DNA of 64,000 nt, from assembly GCA_943788985.1 (NCBI GenBank), contig CALSSJ010000005.1, positions 144,066 through 208,065 on the forward strand, in the 5' to 3' direction. The stretch's first letter is position 1; each line of letters starts with the position of its first letter. A program made the translations under genes and the position numbers. Under the pieces are notes generated by a model. It ran no database searches. It was given only the letters and a program-made list of their open reading frames with translations, and had not been told where the DNA came from. Source of the stretch: an uncultured Lentisphaerales bacterium (GTDB taxonomy: Bacteria; Verrucomicrobiota; Lentisphaeria; JABSQK01; UBA12247). This document shows, piece by piece, positions 29,680 to 40,470 of the stretch.

Positions 29680-30513
29680 ATGCCCGCACGACCTGTAGCA
29701 AAGAAGCGCCCATCGCGCAGAGCCATGGTCTGGAGATTCGCTCTCTGGGGCATGATCCTAGTCTTGGTCGTTGGGACCGTGATCGGCTCGCTTTACGCTG
29801 CCCGACATACCTTCTTCCGGGGCAATCCACGGTTTATTCTTGAGCATGTCGAAGTAGATATTTCCCCGACCGGAGGGGTGCGCGAAGAAGATGTCCGGAA
29901 CGCGCTCTCGACCAAGATTGGCCTCGATAACCTCTATGGGCGCTCCCTGAAATCATTGCGCCTGGAGCTGCTGGAAAAATTGCCGATTCGCGAAGCAGAG
30001 ATTCGTCGGGTGGTTCCCAATCGTTTGAAGGTCAAAGTGTATGGCCGGAACCCGGTCGCGCGCTTGCCCGGGGGCTTTGCCTTGCTGGACGCGGAAGCTG
30101 TCGTCCTGCCATATTATGAGAGCCCGCGGGTTACCGACCTGCCCGCGATTACGGGAATTCGCGGCCTCAAATCATTCTCGCCAAGGGACTCGATGAAGGA
30201 TAACCGGTTGTTGGTCAAGGCCCTCTATTTTTTGCAATGTCACGATGAGATGGGAGCTGGCTTGGGGATTGAGGTCGACTTTATCAAACTCGAGCCAGCT
30301 TTGAGCCAGCTGCATGTCTATGTCCGCGAAAATACGCGGCTGAAGATTCGGCAGCACGCCGTAATCCGGCTGCCCGATCGCAATATCGAGGAGCAATACG
30401 GAAAGGCGCTGGAGATCCTGCGGCTGCGCTCCGAGAAGGGCCTCGCATCCGCTGATATCGATGCGACCTATCGCCGTCGAATCCCCGTCCGCAAGACACG
30501 CCAGGAAATCTGA
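29680..30513 (+). CDS. ftsQ: FtsQ/DivIB-like cell division protein (POTRA domain)
   Basis: Basic N-terminus, single TM, POTRA-like IREAEIRRVVPNRLKVKV..RNPVA, LLDAEAVVL, LPAITG, C-terminal IDATY. Confidence 0.7.
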   Translation: MPARPVAKKRPSRRAMVWRFALWGMILVLVVGTVIGSLYAARHTFFRGNPRFILEHVEVDISPTGGVREEDVRNALSTKIGLDNLYGRSLKSLRLELLEKLPIREAEIRRVVPNRLKVKVYGRNPVARLPGGFALLDAEAVVLPYYESPRVTDLPAITGIRGLKSFSPRDSMKDNRLLVKALYFLQCHDEMGAGLGIEVDFIKLEPALSQLHVYVRENTRLKIRQHAVIRLPDRNIEEQYGKALEILRLRSEKGLASADIDATYRRRIPVRKTRQEI

Positions 30514-30767
30514 TACGGATGCGGCGACAAATCGCAGGGCAATCTGACGACTTGGATTTTGAATGCTGTGGTGGGGCGGCTCTCAGCAAGTCTCTGCTGG
30601 CATCGTCGGCTGAGGCCATAATGCCACAGCGCCAAAAGACTGTTGCCCAGTGGGGTTAGTTTTGGTCTTGCTGTACTCAGATATGACTCGCCGACACTGC
30701 CCCGTAATACTCAAATCATAGCAATCAGATGCACTGCTATTTATCGCCGCATCATTAGGAGCCCAAC

Positions 30768-31157
30768 TTGTATACCAAAACCGTCCGTGAGTTCACCACC
30801 GCCTGCCAACCCGACCTGCCCACGACCCCAACTCCACTGAGCACCGACGGCGTCGCCTTTATCCGCCAGATGGTCATTGACGAGCTGGACGAACTGGCCG
30901 AAGCCGAGACCCCAGTAGACCAGGCCGACGCCTTGGTCGATGCCATCTACTACATTTGCGACTGCGCCGTGCGCCATGGCATGAACCTGGATCCGCTGTT
31001 CAGGATCGTGCACCAGGCCAACATGGGGAAAGTTGTCGACGGCCGCGTCTTGCGTCGAGAAGACGGCAAGATCATGAAGCCCGCAAATTGGCAGCCGCCC
31101 GAGCCGCAAATCCTGGCCGAGATGCAGCGCCAGAGCGAGCATGGCTCCTTCAGCTGA
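30768..31157 (+). CDS. MazG-like all-alpha NTP pyrophosphohydrolase (PRA-PH family)
   Basis: DELDEL...ADALVDAIY...VHQANMGK...REDGKIMKP..W..PE. Confidence 0.85.
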   Translation: MYTKTVREFTTACQPDLPTTPTPLSTDGVAFIRQMVIDELDELAEAETPVDQADALVDAIYYICDCAVRHGMNLDPLFRIVHQANMGKVVDGRVLRREDGKIMKPANWQPPEPQILAEMQRQSEHGSFS

Positions 31158-32236
31158 GCAAGCTGTTCCCGCCTCTCCCGCAAAACCCTCGCCACCGCGG
31201 CAGCTGTTACGCGTCTGCGTCTACAGCCTGCTGTTCGTTCTTTGCCTTTTTGGCGGAGGCGTCTTCTACCTGCTGCACAGCCATCCGGCGCCACGCGAGT
31301 ATGCCGTATGCGGGAGCTCCGAACGCCTCGGTGCAGATCTGGGCCGCGCCCGGGCGCGATCACTGCGTTTACTGCAGTGGCTCTACGTCAAGCCCGTGGT
31401 CTGTCTCGGGGATGAAAACCTGTTCCAGACCCGTAGCGCTGCTGTCAGCAAAATGCTCGATACCTTGCCCAAGCGATACGCCACGGAGCTGACTGCGTTT
31501 GCGAACTCCGCAAACGTGAAGTTGCACGAGTTTTTCTACGCCAACTGCCTGCTGGACATGGGCAACGCCCGCGGTGGTTGCAGAAGCGCCGTCGTCGCGA
31601 GCGATGAAAAGTTGCTGCATGCGCACAATCTAGATTGGCAGAACCTCGGGGCTTGGGGAAATGATCGACCGTCATCCTGCGTCGTACTCCCGCCGGGGAG
31701 CGCTTCAAAACGGTTTCAGTCGAGTTCCCGGGCATGGTGGGCGCGCTGGATCTTATCAATGAGCATGGCATTGCGCTGTCCTTCAACCAATTGGGCTTTG
31801 GCCGCGCCGTTCCCACTGAGCCGGTCTTTATCACCATGTGCCGCATCGCCGAGCACTGCCGAACCTTCGCCGAGGCCGAAGCAGAGATTCTCACTTGTCC
31901 ATCAGGAATGCCTTTTCTGCTGACGCTCTCGTCTGCGAGCGAGCAGCGTGCTGCAGTTTTCGAGCGTCAGCGGAGTGAGATTGTGCGGCGCGATCTTGCC
32001 GACGGCTGGGTGGCCGCCTGCAACCTCGCGCAGGGTGCGGATCGTGGCGAGACCGTACTCGACCAACAAATGGCCAGCGTCACGCCCAAGAACGCGAAGG
32101 AGTTGATTGCCGTGCTCGGCGATGCACGAGTCTTGATGGATTCGAACATCTACAGCGTGATCTTCGATCACACCGGAAACCGGCTCTTGCTCGCCCCCGC
32201 GCTACGCCTGCCGCGCAGACCACCTTTCAGGATTAG
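31141..32236 (+). CDS. C45 family / acid-ceramidase-like Ntn hydrolase, frameshifted
   Basis: N-terminal TM and the nucleophile motif GGCRS..HAHNLDW, then a shift near 31660 into FPGMVGALDLINEHGIALSFN. A second shift is likely near 32195, so the end is approximate. Confidence 0.75.
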
Positions 32237-32334
32237 ATCCTGTTTCCTCGCCGAGATTGCAGCCTGGGGGAGCTCAGTGATCTGCAGATTTCCCAGGGTA
32301 AGATAGGAGGCTAGGGACTTTATTGGGGGCAGGC

Positions 32335-32699
32335 GGGAAGTTTGAAGGGAGAAGTTTGAAGTGTGAAAGGGCAGGCAGTCGCCTGCTGAATCGAAGCCCT
32401 GAATCCGCCAATTCTCTTAATCCTGTCGAGCCTGTTTATCCCGTCTAAAACACATCACGGGCAGGAAGCCAGCAGGGAGTAAGATTCTTGGCTGGATTAA
32501 CAGGATCTACAGGATCCAATCTTGTCTAACTCCCGCAGGCTGAGAAACTGGGGAGGGGAGCTCGGTTGTGGGATGGCTCCAATTGACGCGCAAGCAGAAG
32601 ACTGGTGTGCGAATCACGCTTTCCCTCCGGGAAAGTTTGAAGGGAGACTTCATTTTCTCCCTTCAAACTTCAAACTTCAAACTTCAAACTTCTCCCTTC
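32335..32699. repeat. Nested inverted heptamer (CTTCAAA) and nonamer (ACAGGAT-type) repeats
   Basis: (cttcaaa)x4 at 32661-32688 with complementary gaagtttgaag units at 32335-32371. Inner pair aatcctgtcgagcctgtttatcc / ggattaacaggatctacaggat at about 32419-32515. Confidence 0.75.
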
Positions 32700-32767
32700 C
32701 TCGGCGCGCTCTCTGTACCACGCTTCTCCCCAGGATACAGATTCGGACTCTCTCCCACTGAGGCCGG

Positions 32768-33571
32768 TCAGTTTCCCTGTTGCATCAGGGCATCCATCCC
32801 TGCGACCGGCGGGTTGTTGCGCGTCCAAAGAGGCCCGTAACTGCCGTAATCGAACTTGATGACATGACCGTCAGACATCAGCACGGGAGCTACGCCGTTG
32901 CCGCCGTGAAAGGAGACGCCATTCTGATTCCAGCCCCACCCAGACAGGTTGAAGATGGGGTCGGTCAGCAAGGGAATCGAAGTGTACCCATCCCAGCCAT
33001 TGACTCGGTCGAACGTAGGATAGATGATGATCTGCCTCACCCGCCGCCGAAGAGACCAATGCGGTGGCGTGAACCCTTGATAGGAGCCGCCGTGTGACGT
33101 GCTCGTTGTTGGGCCCCAGGAAGCTGCGGCTGATTCAGGGATCGTGATGGCCGGACAAAAATACAGGTCCTCGTTTTCTCCGAGGTAGGGGGCCAAATAG
33201 CCCCCATCCGATCCGCGCCCGTGATAGGGGCCCCGATACCTGTATGCGCCGAAATTTCCTTCGGTTAGGTTCTCAAGCATGCTCTTGTAGGTCTGGCTGG
33301 GGAGCCAACTCGTTCCGATGTGATCATCGTAGTCAGCCGCGTAGAATTCGATCAAAAGGCCATACTGTTTCAGGTTGTTCATGCAATCGGTCATTCTCGC
33401 AGAATCTCTGGCCTTGGCGAGGGCTGGCAGGAGCAGGGAGGCTAGGATGGCAATGATCAGGATCACGACTAATAGCTCGATCAAGGTAAAGGGCCAGGCT
33501 GCCCTGGTTGGCAGGGGGCCTCGAATGCCAAACCGGTTCTGGGCTGGGAGATGCGTGTGATGTGGCGTCAC
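32768..33571 (-). CDS. Prepilin-type N-terminal / H-X9-DG (DUF1559-like) protein
   Basis: [55 protein letters not shown]. Confidence 0.9.
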   Translation of the reverse strand: MTPHHTHLPAQNRFGIRGPLPTRAAWPFTLIELLVVILIIAILASLLLPALAKARDSARMTDCMNNLKQYGLLIEFYAADYDDHIGTSWLPSQTYKSMLENLTEGNFGAYRYRGPYHGRGSDGGYLAPYLGENEDLYFCPAITIPESAAASWGPTTSTSHGGSYQGFTPPHWSLRRRVRQIIIYPTFDRVNGWDGYTSIPLLTDPIFNLSGWGWNQNGVSFHGGNGVAPVLMSDGHVIKFDYGSYGPLWTRNNPPVAGMDALMQQGN

Positions 33572-34070
33572 TTAAAACCTCATGAACGGCCATAGATTGC
33601 GAAAAATTCCCAGCCAACGCGGGAGCCAAGTTTTGGCTCGGAGAGAACAGGACTGTAGTCGTGGACTGGTGATCGGGTAGCATATAGCGGCTAGATCATT
33701 ACTACAAGCGGCTACACAGAAGTCATAAGGCTACTTGGGTGTTTGAGTTTGAGGGTGGGGCCAGTCAGGAATAGTCATTTGCATCGGCTCCCGTCAGGTC
33801 CCTATTTTATTCCTCGGAGGGAAGAGGAGATAAGGGGAGCGTGCTGGGGGAGCGGATATTTCTAAGGGAGAGAAGGAGGATGGCTGGGAGCGCGGCCCGG
33901 CTGGCATCTTCGCGCCGTGCAGGGCAGGGAGAAGGAGAATTTTGCCACAGAGAGAGCACAGAGGGCACCGAGGAAACGAAGGGGAAAGAGGAGGAGTGCC
34001 TCGACAGTGGTAGGTAAGGCGAATGATGGTAGCCTTCCACGAGCCAGAATAATCGCAACTCAGAGTGCCC

Positions 34071-35291
34071 ATGCCAGTCTCCCCATCGCCTAAGCTTGCT
34101 GAGCGCTCCTTTGGCGCATTCGTCGGGACTCAATTCCTGGGTGCGTTCAACGACAACATTTTTAAGCAGCTAATCCTGCTGCTGGCGCTCTCACATGGCG
34201 ATATCCAGGGCTATGCGATGATCGTCTTCGCGCTGCCGTTTATCTGCTTCTCGGGCTATGCGGGGCAGTTGTCGGAGAAATACTCGAAGACCGCGATCAT
34301 GCGGGCGTCGAAGATTGCCGAGATGGTGATCATGGGGATAGCCGCGTACGGATTCTACACCCAAAGCATCAGCTTCCTGTTGATCAGCCTCTTCTTTATG
34401 GGGGCGCAATCGACCTATTTCAGCCCGGCAAAGTTTGGTGTCATCCCAGAGCTCGTGCAGGACAAAGTGTTAGTTGCGGCCAATGGCGTGGTGCAAATGA
34501 CCAGCTTTGGGGCGATCATTCTGGGAACGGCTTCGGCCGGCTTTCTGAAGGCCAATCTTGACGGGCAGTTGGGCTATGCGGGGCTGTGTTGCGTGGGGAT
34601 CTCAGTGCTTGGGATCATCGCGGTCTGGATCATCGTACCGCGTCCGGCCAACCTGCCAGATCAAAAATTCGCGATGAACCCGTTTTCACGGGTCACGTTC
34701 ACGCTCAAGGAAATCGCGAAAGACCGGCCGCTGCTGTTGGCGGTCATCGCCAATGCCTTCTTCTATTTCTCTGGCTCACTAGTGATTCAGATTGTTAATA
34801 GCTATGGCATCAACCTTTTGAAGCTCAATGAGTTGCAGGTATCGATGCTGCTGGTGACCTTGACTGGCGGGATCATGGCCGGGTGCCTTTTATCCGCGGT
34901 TATGCAAAAGCGATTGGGAGCTAAGTGGACGATTTTCTGGGGCGCGGTGGGGGCGGCTGTGATGCAAGGGGCGCTGGTCTTTCATACGATGCCACTCGGC
35001 GGAATCCGGGTGTTGCTGGGGCTGGCGGGTCTTTTCTCCGGCATTTACTTCGTGCCGATCGCGGCCTTTCTGCAGTCTCGCCCGGCGCTTGGCAGCAAGG
35101 GCGAGGTGCTGGCGGCAGCTGGCGTTTGCAGTTGGGTGGGAATTCTCTGCTCGGGGATCATTTGGCAAGTCTATGTGGGCCTGAGTATTGAGGCGAACTG
35201 GGGCTGGCTGCTACTGGCCGGCGGCTTGGTGGTGCTGCTGGTTACGCTGTTTCCCCGGCTTCGCGACCTTGAGATTCGCGATGAGCGCTAG
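34071..35291 (+). CDS. MFS transporter, LplT-like
   Basis: TQFLGAFNDNIFK, LPFICFS..AGQLS.KYSK, QSTYFSPAKFG, multiple TMs. Confidence 0.88.
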   Translation: MPVSPSPKLAERSFGAFVGTQFLGAFNDNIFKQLILLLALSHGDIQGYAMIVFALPFICFSGYAGQLSEKYSKTAIMRASKIAEMVIMGIAAYGFYTQSISFLLISLFFMGAQSTYFSPAKFGVIPELVQDKVLVAANGVVQMTSFGAIILGTASAGFLKANLDGQLGYAGLCCVGISVLGIIAVWIIVPRPANLPDQKFAMNPFSRVTFTLKEIAKDRPLLLAVIANAFFYFSGSLVIQIVNSYGINLLKLNELQVSMLLVTLTGGIMAGCLLSAVMQKRLGAKWTIFWGAVGAAVMQGALVFHTMPLGGIRVLLGLAGLFSGIYFVPIAAFLQSRPALGSKGEVLAAAGVCSWVGILCSGIIWQVYVGLSIEANWGWLLLAGGLVVLLVTLFPRLRDLEIRDER

Positions 35292-35356
35292 CTGGCCGAA
35301 AAGTAAAATTCGATTAATGTAACCTACCGCTATATTTGGAAGAGGACAACAGAACG

Positions 35357-37123
35357 ATGCATCTAGCGAACAGACTGGTACTCTGTACCTTGTTCTTGAC
35401 AGGCCTACACGTTATGGCAAAACCGAAGGCATTGATGATCGCGGGTGGTTGCTGCCACGACTATGCCAACCAGAAAGACATCATCCCTGATATCCTGCGG
35501 AAAAACGGTCTCGATTTTGACTGGACGTCTATGGTGGAGAGCAAGAGCAGGGACCACAAAAACAGCGTGTATGAGAGCCCTGACTGGATTGACGGGTACA
35601 ATCTCGTCGTCCATAACGAGTGCTATGGCGGGATAAAGGACGATGCGTTTGTGGAGGCCATCGCGAAAGCGCACGGCGACAGCGGCGTACCTGCCCTGAT
35701 CGTGCACTGCAGCCTCCACAGCTACCGGAATGCGAAAACCAACGAGTGGCGCAAATTTGTCGGCGTTACCTCGATGCGCCATGAGGCGCGTTATCCGCTA
35801 GAGGTAACACCCGTGACGAAAGACCACGCGGCGATTGTAGGATTTCCCGACACTTGGCAGACGCCAAACGGCGAGCTCTACATCATTGAGAAAGTCTGGG
35901 ACCATACGATTCCACTCGCTCAGGCCTATGGAAAAGAGACCAAGAAGAACCATGTGGTGATCTGGGCAAACACCTACGGAAAAGCGCGTATCTTCGGCAC
36001 GAGTCTTGGCCATCACAATGAAACCATGCTAGATCCGGAATACGGGAAGTTTCTGGCCACGGGGGCCAAATGGGCGATGGGCAGCGATGCTGGAACGAAG
36101 GAGACTAAAATGACTATACCTCCCAGCTACCTTACGTACAACAACCTTCCCATGGGGACGGCTGAAAAGCCCTTGGTCATGCGCACGTTTGTCCGCAATC
36201 CCGGCTTAGATAAGGAACTCGTGCTGCCGAATCACTCGAGCGGACATCCCTCTCCCAAATACAGCCCGGGCAGTGGCCGCGAATCCAGCGGCAGTTATAG
36301 ACTGCTGAATGGGATTCCAGCGGCCATCGCCGTCAATGCGGGCCCCGCCTTATCCTACGCGTGGGATACCACGGAATGCCGCCTTTTGTATGGCTGGGCC
36401 AACGGCTTCCTCGACATGACAAACTATTGGGGCGAGAAGGAAAGCGGACGTCGCCGAAGCTACGGCTATACGCCATACCTCAAGGGATTTTTGTTCTACA
36501 AGGCGCAGGGCCAACACCCGATCTCTGTTAACGGCAAATCGGTCGCCCGATTCGGTGCCCCCAGGTATGTGGGCTACAGCCTCAAGAACGGACACCCCGT
36601 CTTTGACTTCAAAGCTGGAAATCACGAGCTGTCGATTGCCGTGAAACCAGGTAAAGCAGCCCAAACGATCGAGCTAACCATCCTAGAAAAGTCTGGGGCA
36701 AAGCTAGCATTCGGCTCACCCAAAACACCGGTCGAGATCGTCGCGCACAAACCGGGGACGCTCACCGTCCTGATTCGGCCCAATGCTGGTGAGCAACACG
36801 ATGGCTACAGGACGGAGGCGCTGAAGATCGACAACGCGACGGTAGCAACCGGCGAGAAGCTATTCTCGAATCTCGGCTGCATTGCCTGTCACACCACGGA
36901 CGGCGGCAACAACCACGGCCCGACCCTCAAAGGTCTTTTTGGCGCTAACCGCTCATTTGTCGAAGGTGGCTCGGCCAAGGTCGATGCTGCTTATCTGCGA
37001 GAGTCCATCGAGAATCCACACGCCAAGACCGTTGCCGGATATCCGAAAGGCATGATGCCACCGTATGAGCTTGAGGCGGCGGCCTACGACTCCCTGATCC
37101 TCTTTATCAAGCAACTGCGGTAA
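35357..37123 (+). CDS. Secreted ThuA-like domain + C-terminal cytochrome c protein
   Basis: Signal peptide; GGCCHDY, ELY, FGTSLGH (ThuA-like); CIACH...GPTL...YLRESIENP...MPPY (c-type heme). Confidence 0.85.
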   Translation: MHLANRLVLCTLFLTGLHVMAKPKALMIAGGCCHDYANQKDIIPDILRKNGLDFDWTSMVESKSRDHKNSVYESPDWIDGYNLVVHNECYGGIKDDAFVEAIAKAHGDSGVPALIVHCSLHSYRNAKTNEWRKFVGVTSMRHEARYPLEVTPVTKDHAAIVGFPDTWQTPNGELYIIEKVWDHTIPLAQAYGKETKKNHVVIWANTYGKARIFGTSLGHHNETMLDPEYGKFLATGAKWAMGSDAGTKETKMTIPPSYLTYNNLPMGTAEKPLVMRTFVRNPGLDKELVLPNHSSGHPSPKYSPGSGRESSGSYRLLNGIPAAIAVNAGPALSYAWDTTECRLLYGWANGFLDMTNYWGEKESGRRRSYGYTPYLKGFLFYKAQGQHPISVNGKSVARFGAPRYVGYSLKNGHPVFDFKAGNHELSIAVKPGKAAQTIELTILEKSGAKLAFGSPKTPVEIVAHKPGTLTVLIRPNAGEQHDGYRTEALKIDNATVATGEKLFSNLGCIACHTTDGGNNHGPTLKGLFGANRSFVEGGSAKVDAAYLRESIENPHAKTVAGYPKGMMPPYELEAAAYDSLILFIKQLR

Positions 37124-37133
37124 GGTCTGCGCC

Positions 37134-40058
37134 ATGAAATCTACTTTTCAGAACTTTTCTTTCGCGCTCGCGCTCATCACTCACGTGCTTAGCCAGCTGG
37201 CATTTGCTGGCAGTTACAACCTGGACGATGTCGTATTTCCCGCTGACATGCCCCCGGAAATCGGCGATCTGGCATTTGCTGCCGATGGCACCTTGTACGC
37301 AGCCTTGCGCCGTGGCGACATCGTGGTCGCCACCCCCACCAAAGATCCAACGGCGTTTCAGTGGCGCGTGTTTGCCACCGGCCATCACAACATCCTTGGT
37401 CTGGAAGTCGTCAAGCCGGGGCACCTGGTGGTCAGCCAGATGGCCGAACTGACCGAAGTGATCGATACTGATGGTGATGGCGTCGCCGATCGCTACAACA
37501 ATCTCTCCACGGCTTGGGGCGTGAGCGGAAACTATCATGAGACCAACGCGCTTTGTCCGGATGGGGACGGCGGCTACTACATTGCCGTTGGTACCGCCTC
37601 GCATAACGGCCCTACGTTCGACACGCCGCGCGGCGACTACTCCACGGCGGGGCGCCGCGGTCGCAATTTTTCAGCCGTGAAATACAAGGGCTGGGTGCTT
37701 CACTATGCCAAAGACGGTACGGTGACCCCGCATTGCAGTGGCTTCCGCATGCACAACGGCATCGCCCGAACTACCGACGGTATGATTTGGTGTGGCGATA
37801 ACCAAGGCGACTGGCGCGGTGCTTCCCCGCTCTATTGGTGTCGCGAGGGCTCCTTCTCCGGGCATCCGGCCAGTCTAGTCTGGGACCCGCGATTCAAAGA
37901 TTTCGGCACGCCCATCTATTGGCCGCGCAAGCTGCTCGACGACCTGCACAATGAGCCAGCAATCATGATGGCGCACGGCGAGATGCGCTCCTGTGGTGAA
38001 CCCATGCAGATCACCACCGACAATTTCGGTCCCTTCAAAGGCCAAATGCTGATCCCCGATGAGAATAGCCCCCGGATCATGCGGGTCATGCTTGAAACCG
38101 TCGATGGGGCCTGGCAAGGGGCCAACGTCCTGTTTCACACCGGCGGCCTGCGCCCGTCCGGGGAACCGTATGGCGATGTCACCGGACGGAAAAACCCTGT
38201 ACTATGGCGAAACTGCTCGCGGCTGGCAGAAACCAAATGAAGGCATTCACCGCCTCCACTACACGGGTACCGTTCCATTCGAAGTTCTGGACTGTAAACT
38301 CACCACCGGTGGCTTTGCCGTGAGCTTTACCCAGCCCATCCAAGAGCCCAGCAAGCTTGCTAGCCAGTTAACCGTCAGAAGCTTTCGCTACGAGTACGGC
38401 TATCACTATGGCTCCAAGCAGAAAAGCGTTCGGGAGCATGCGGTAACCGCCGTATCGGGCAACGGTCCCTACGAATTCACAGTCGCCGACCTGCAACCCG
38501 GTCGCGTCTACGAGCTCACCTTCGCCAACGTCCTCGCTGCCGACGGGTCAACAATTGGCAACCCCAAGGTCACCTACACCATGAATCGCCTGAAACGGCC
38601 ACCTGCCCAAAACAGAGCCACGATCAAGCAATCAGACAACGGTCTCAAAGTGTTTATCAACGGCGAATTCTTCACCGAGTACTTTCTGAGGGGCTTCACC
38701 AATCCCATCCTCTGGCCCATTCAAGCACCAGGTGACATCCGTATGACGCGCAATTGGCCCATCATTGCGGACACCGCTGGCGAGCAACACGACCACCCGC
38801 ATCACAAAGGGCTCTTCGTCGGGCACCAGAACCTGAACGGCGTGGACTTCTGGCACGAGGGCAAGGGCATCAATGGCAGGATGAATCACACCCGCTTGAT
38901 CGAAACGCGTTCAGGCGAAGACCGCGCGCTGATCAAGACCCTCAATACTTGGACCACAGACGCGGGAAAGACCGTGGCCGCTGACACCCGCACCCTAACG
39001 TTTTGGGGCGACGAAAGCGCTCGCTACATTGACCTCGAGATCAATATCCACGCCACCCACGAAGATCTGCTCTTCCACGAAATGAAGGACAGCTTCGTGG
39101 GATTTCGCAGCCATCCGCACCTGCGCGTAACAGCCAAGCCAAAGGCCGGCGTCACAGAAGTGTGACGGCCACGTCGTCAACAGCGAGGGGGTTACCGGCA
39201 AGGCGGTCTGGGGCAAGCGGGCCGACTGGGTTCATTATCATGGCCAAGTCGAAGGAAAAGATGCTGGCTACGCCTTCATGAGCCATCCCGGAAACCCATC
39301 CGCTGCTGGTCAGAAATCCTGGTGGCATGCGCGCGGACTACGGCCTGATCTCCGCGAACCCGTTCGCCCCCGAAAAGTTTCAGGGCGACGGCGACCATAC
39401 GATCGCCAAAGGCGACAGCCTGCAGCTGCGCTATCGCTTCGTCTTTCATCGCGGACCTGCGGACTCCGCAAATATCGCCGAAGCATTCGCTGCATACACC
39501 ACAGAAAGTGCCCACCCGACCGCCGACATGCCTGGCCATCCCGGATATCCTGGTGCCTACGGCAACCCAAAGCCCAAGGGTGTCCAAGCCCAAAAGAAAC
39601 AGCGTCGTTCCGCTCCCCAGCTTGGCGGCGGCACCATCACCAAGGCTGGTCGTTCTGTAAGCGGCAAGCAGGCAAAGAGGCCTAAGATTCTTGCCAACGG
39701 CCTGGTCGAAGGCACCAAAATATTTGGGGACCGCGCCTACACATTCACGGTCGTCCCCGAATCCGCACGCGGTGCCGACTACTTACAGACCTTCAACAAC
39801 GACAAGAAGGGCGCCAACGCCCACTACGAGCTGACGCTTAGCGCGCCAGCAGAGCTGCTGGTGCTCATGGACACACGCGCCGAGGCTCACGTTCCCTGGC
39901 TCAAAGACGGCTTCGAGAAAACCAACGAAATCGTTCAGACCGACGCCGATTTTCGATTTCGCGTCTACCGCAAGCGCGTGAATCCCGGCGCCGTGACACT
40001 TGGCCCACAAAAAGGCTTCAGCTTCTACGGCGTTGCCGCGATCAAGCAAAAGGACTGA
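37134..40058 (+). CDS. Large secreted beta-propeller + PmoA/DUF6807-like domain protein, about three frameshifts
   Basis: Propeller motifs ELTEVIDTDGDGVAD, GNYHE, SGFRMHNG, DNQGDW. DHPHHKGL...VDFW...WHARADYGLISANPF is DUF6807-like. Frames switch near 38155, 39160 and 39330. Confidence 0.7.
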
Positions 40059-40470
40059 GGCCCGGACATCATCCTCACGAGAAACCAGCGATCTGTACCT
40101 GTCCAGGCTTGCGATGGGCAAGCTCGGATTTCATGTCTGCACTCGCTGTAGCTACTGGGATCTCTTGGCTAAGCTAATCTTACAAAGCAGCCGAGGAATC
40201 CGTCCTGCCCGCAGCCGAGGGAGCCGCGCACCAACTTGCTTACCGGGTAAATGACTGCGGAGGTGATCCTTACGACATGTTTGGGACAGGCAGCTTCAAG
40301 AACAGCAGTTCGCAAACGCCTTTTGCGGCCAGGCTGGCAATTTACGTGACCTCCCCAGCCAGCTTCTTGGGGCGCTGGGTCTTGCGGACCGCGCAGGCCA
40401 CGTCTACCGTGCCCCTCGCTGAAATCCAGGTGCCGCAGTCCCGCGGCTCGCCCCCCCCTCAAGAAGGTGC

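Noticed and set aside
40060..40470. Short ORFs between the propeller and phosphatase genes
   Set aside because: No motif, RBS or consistent frame; cannot be supported.
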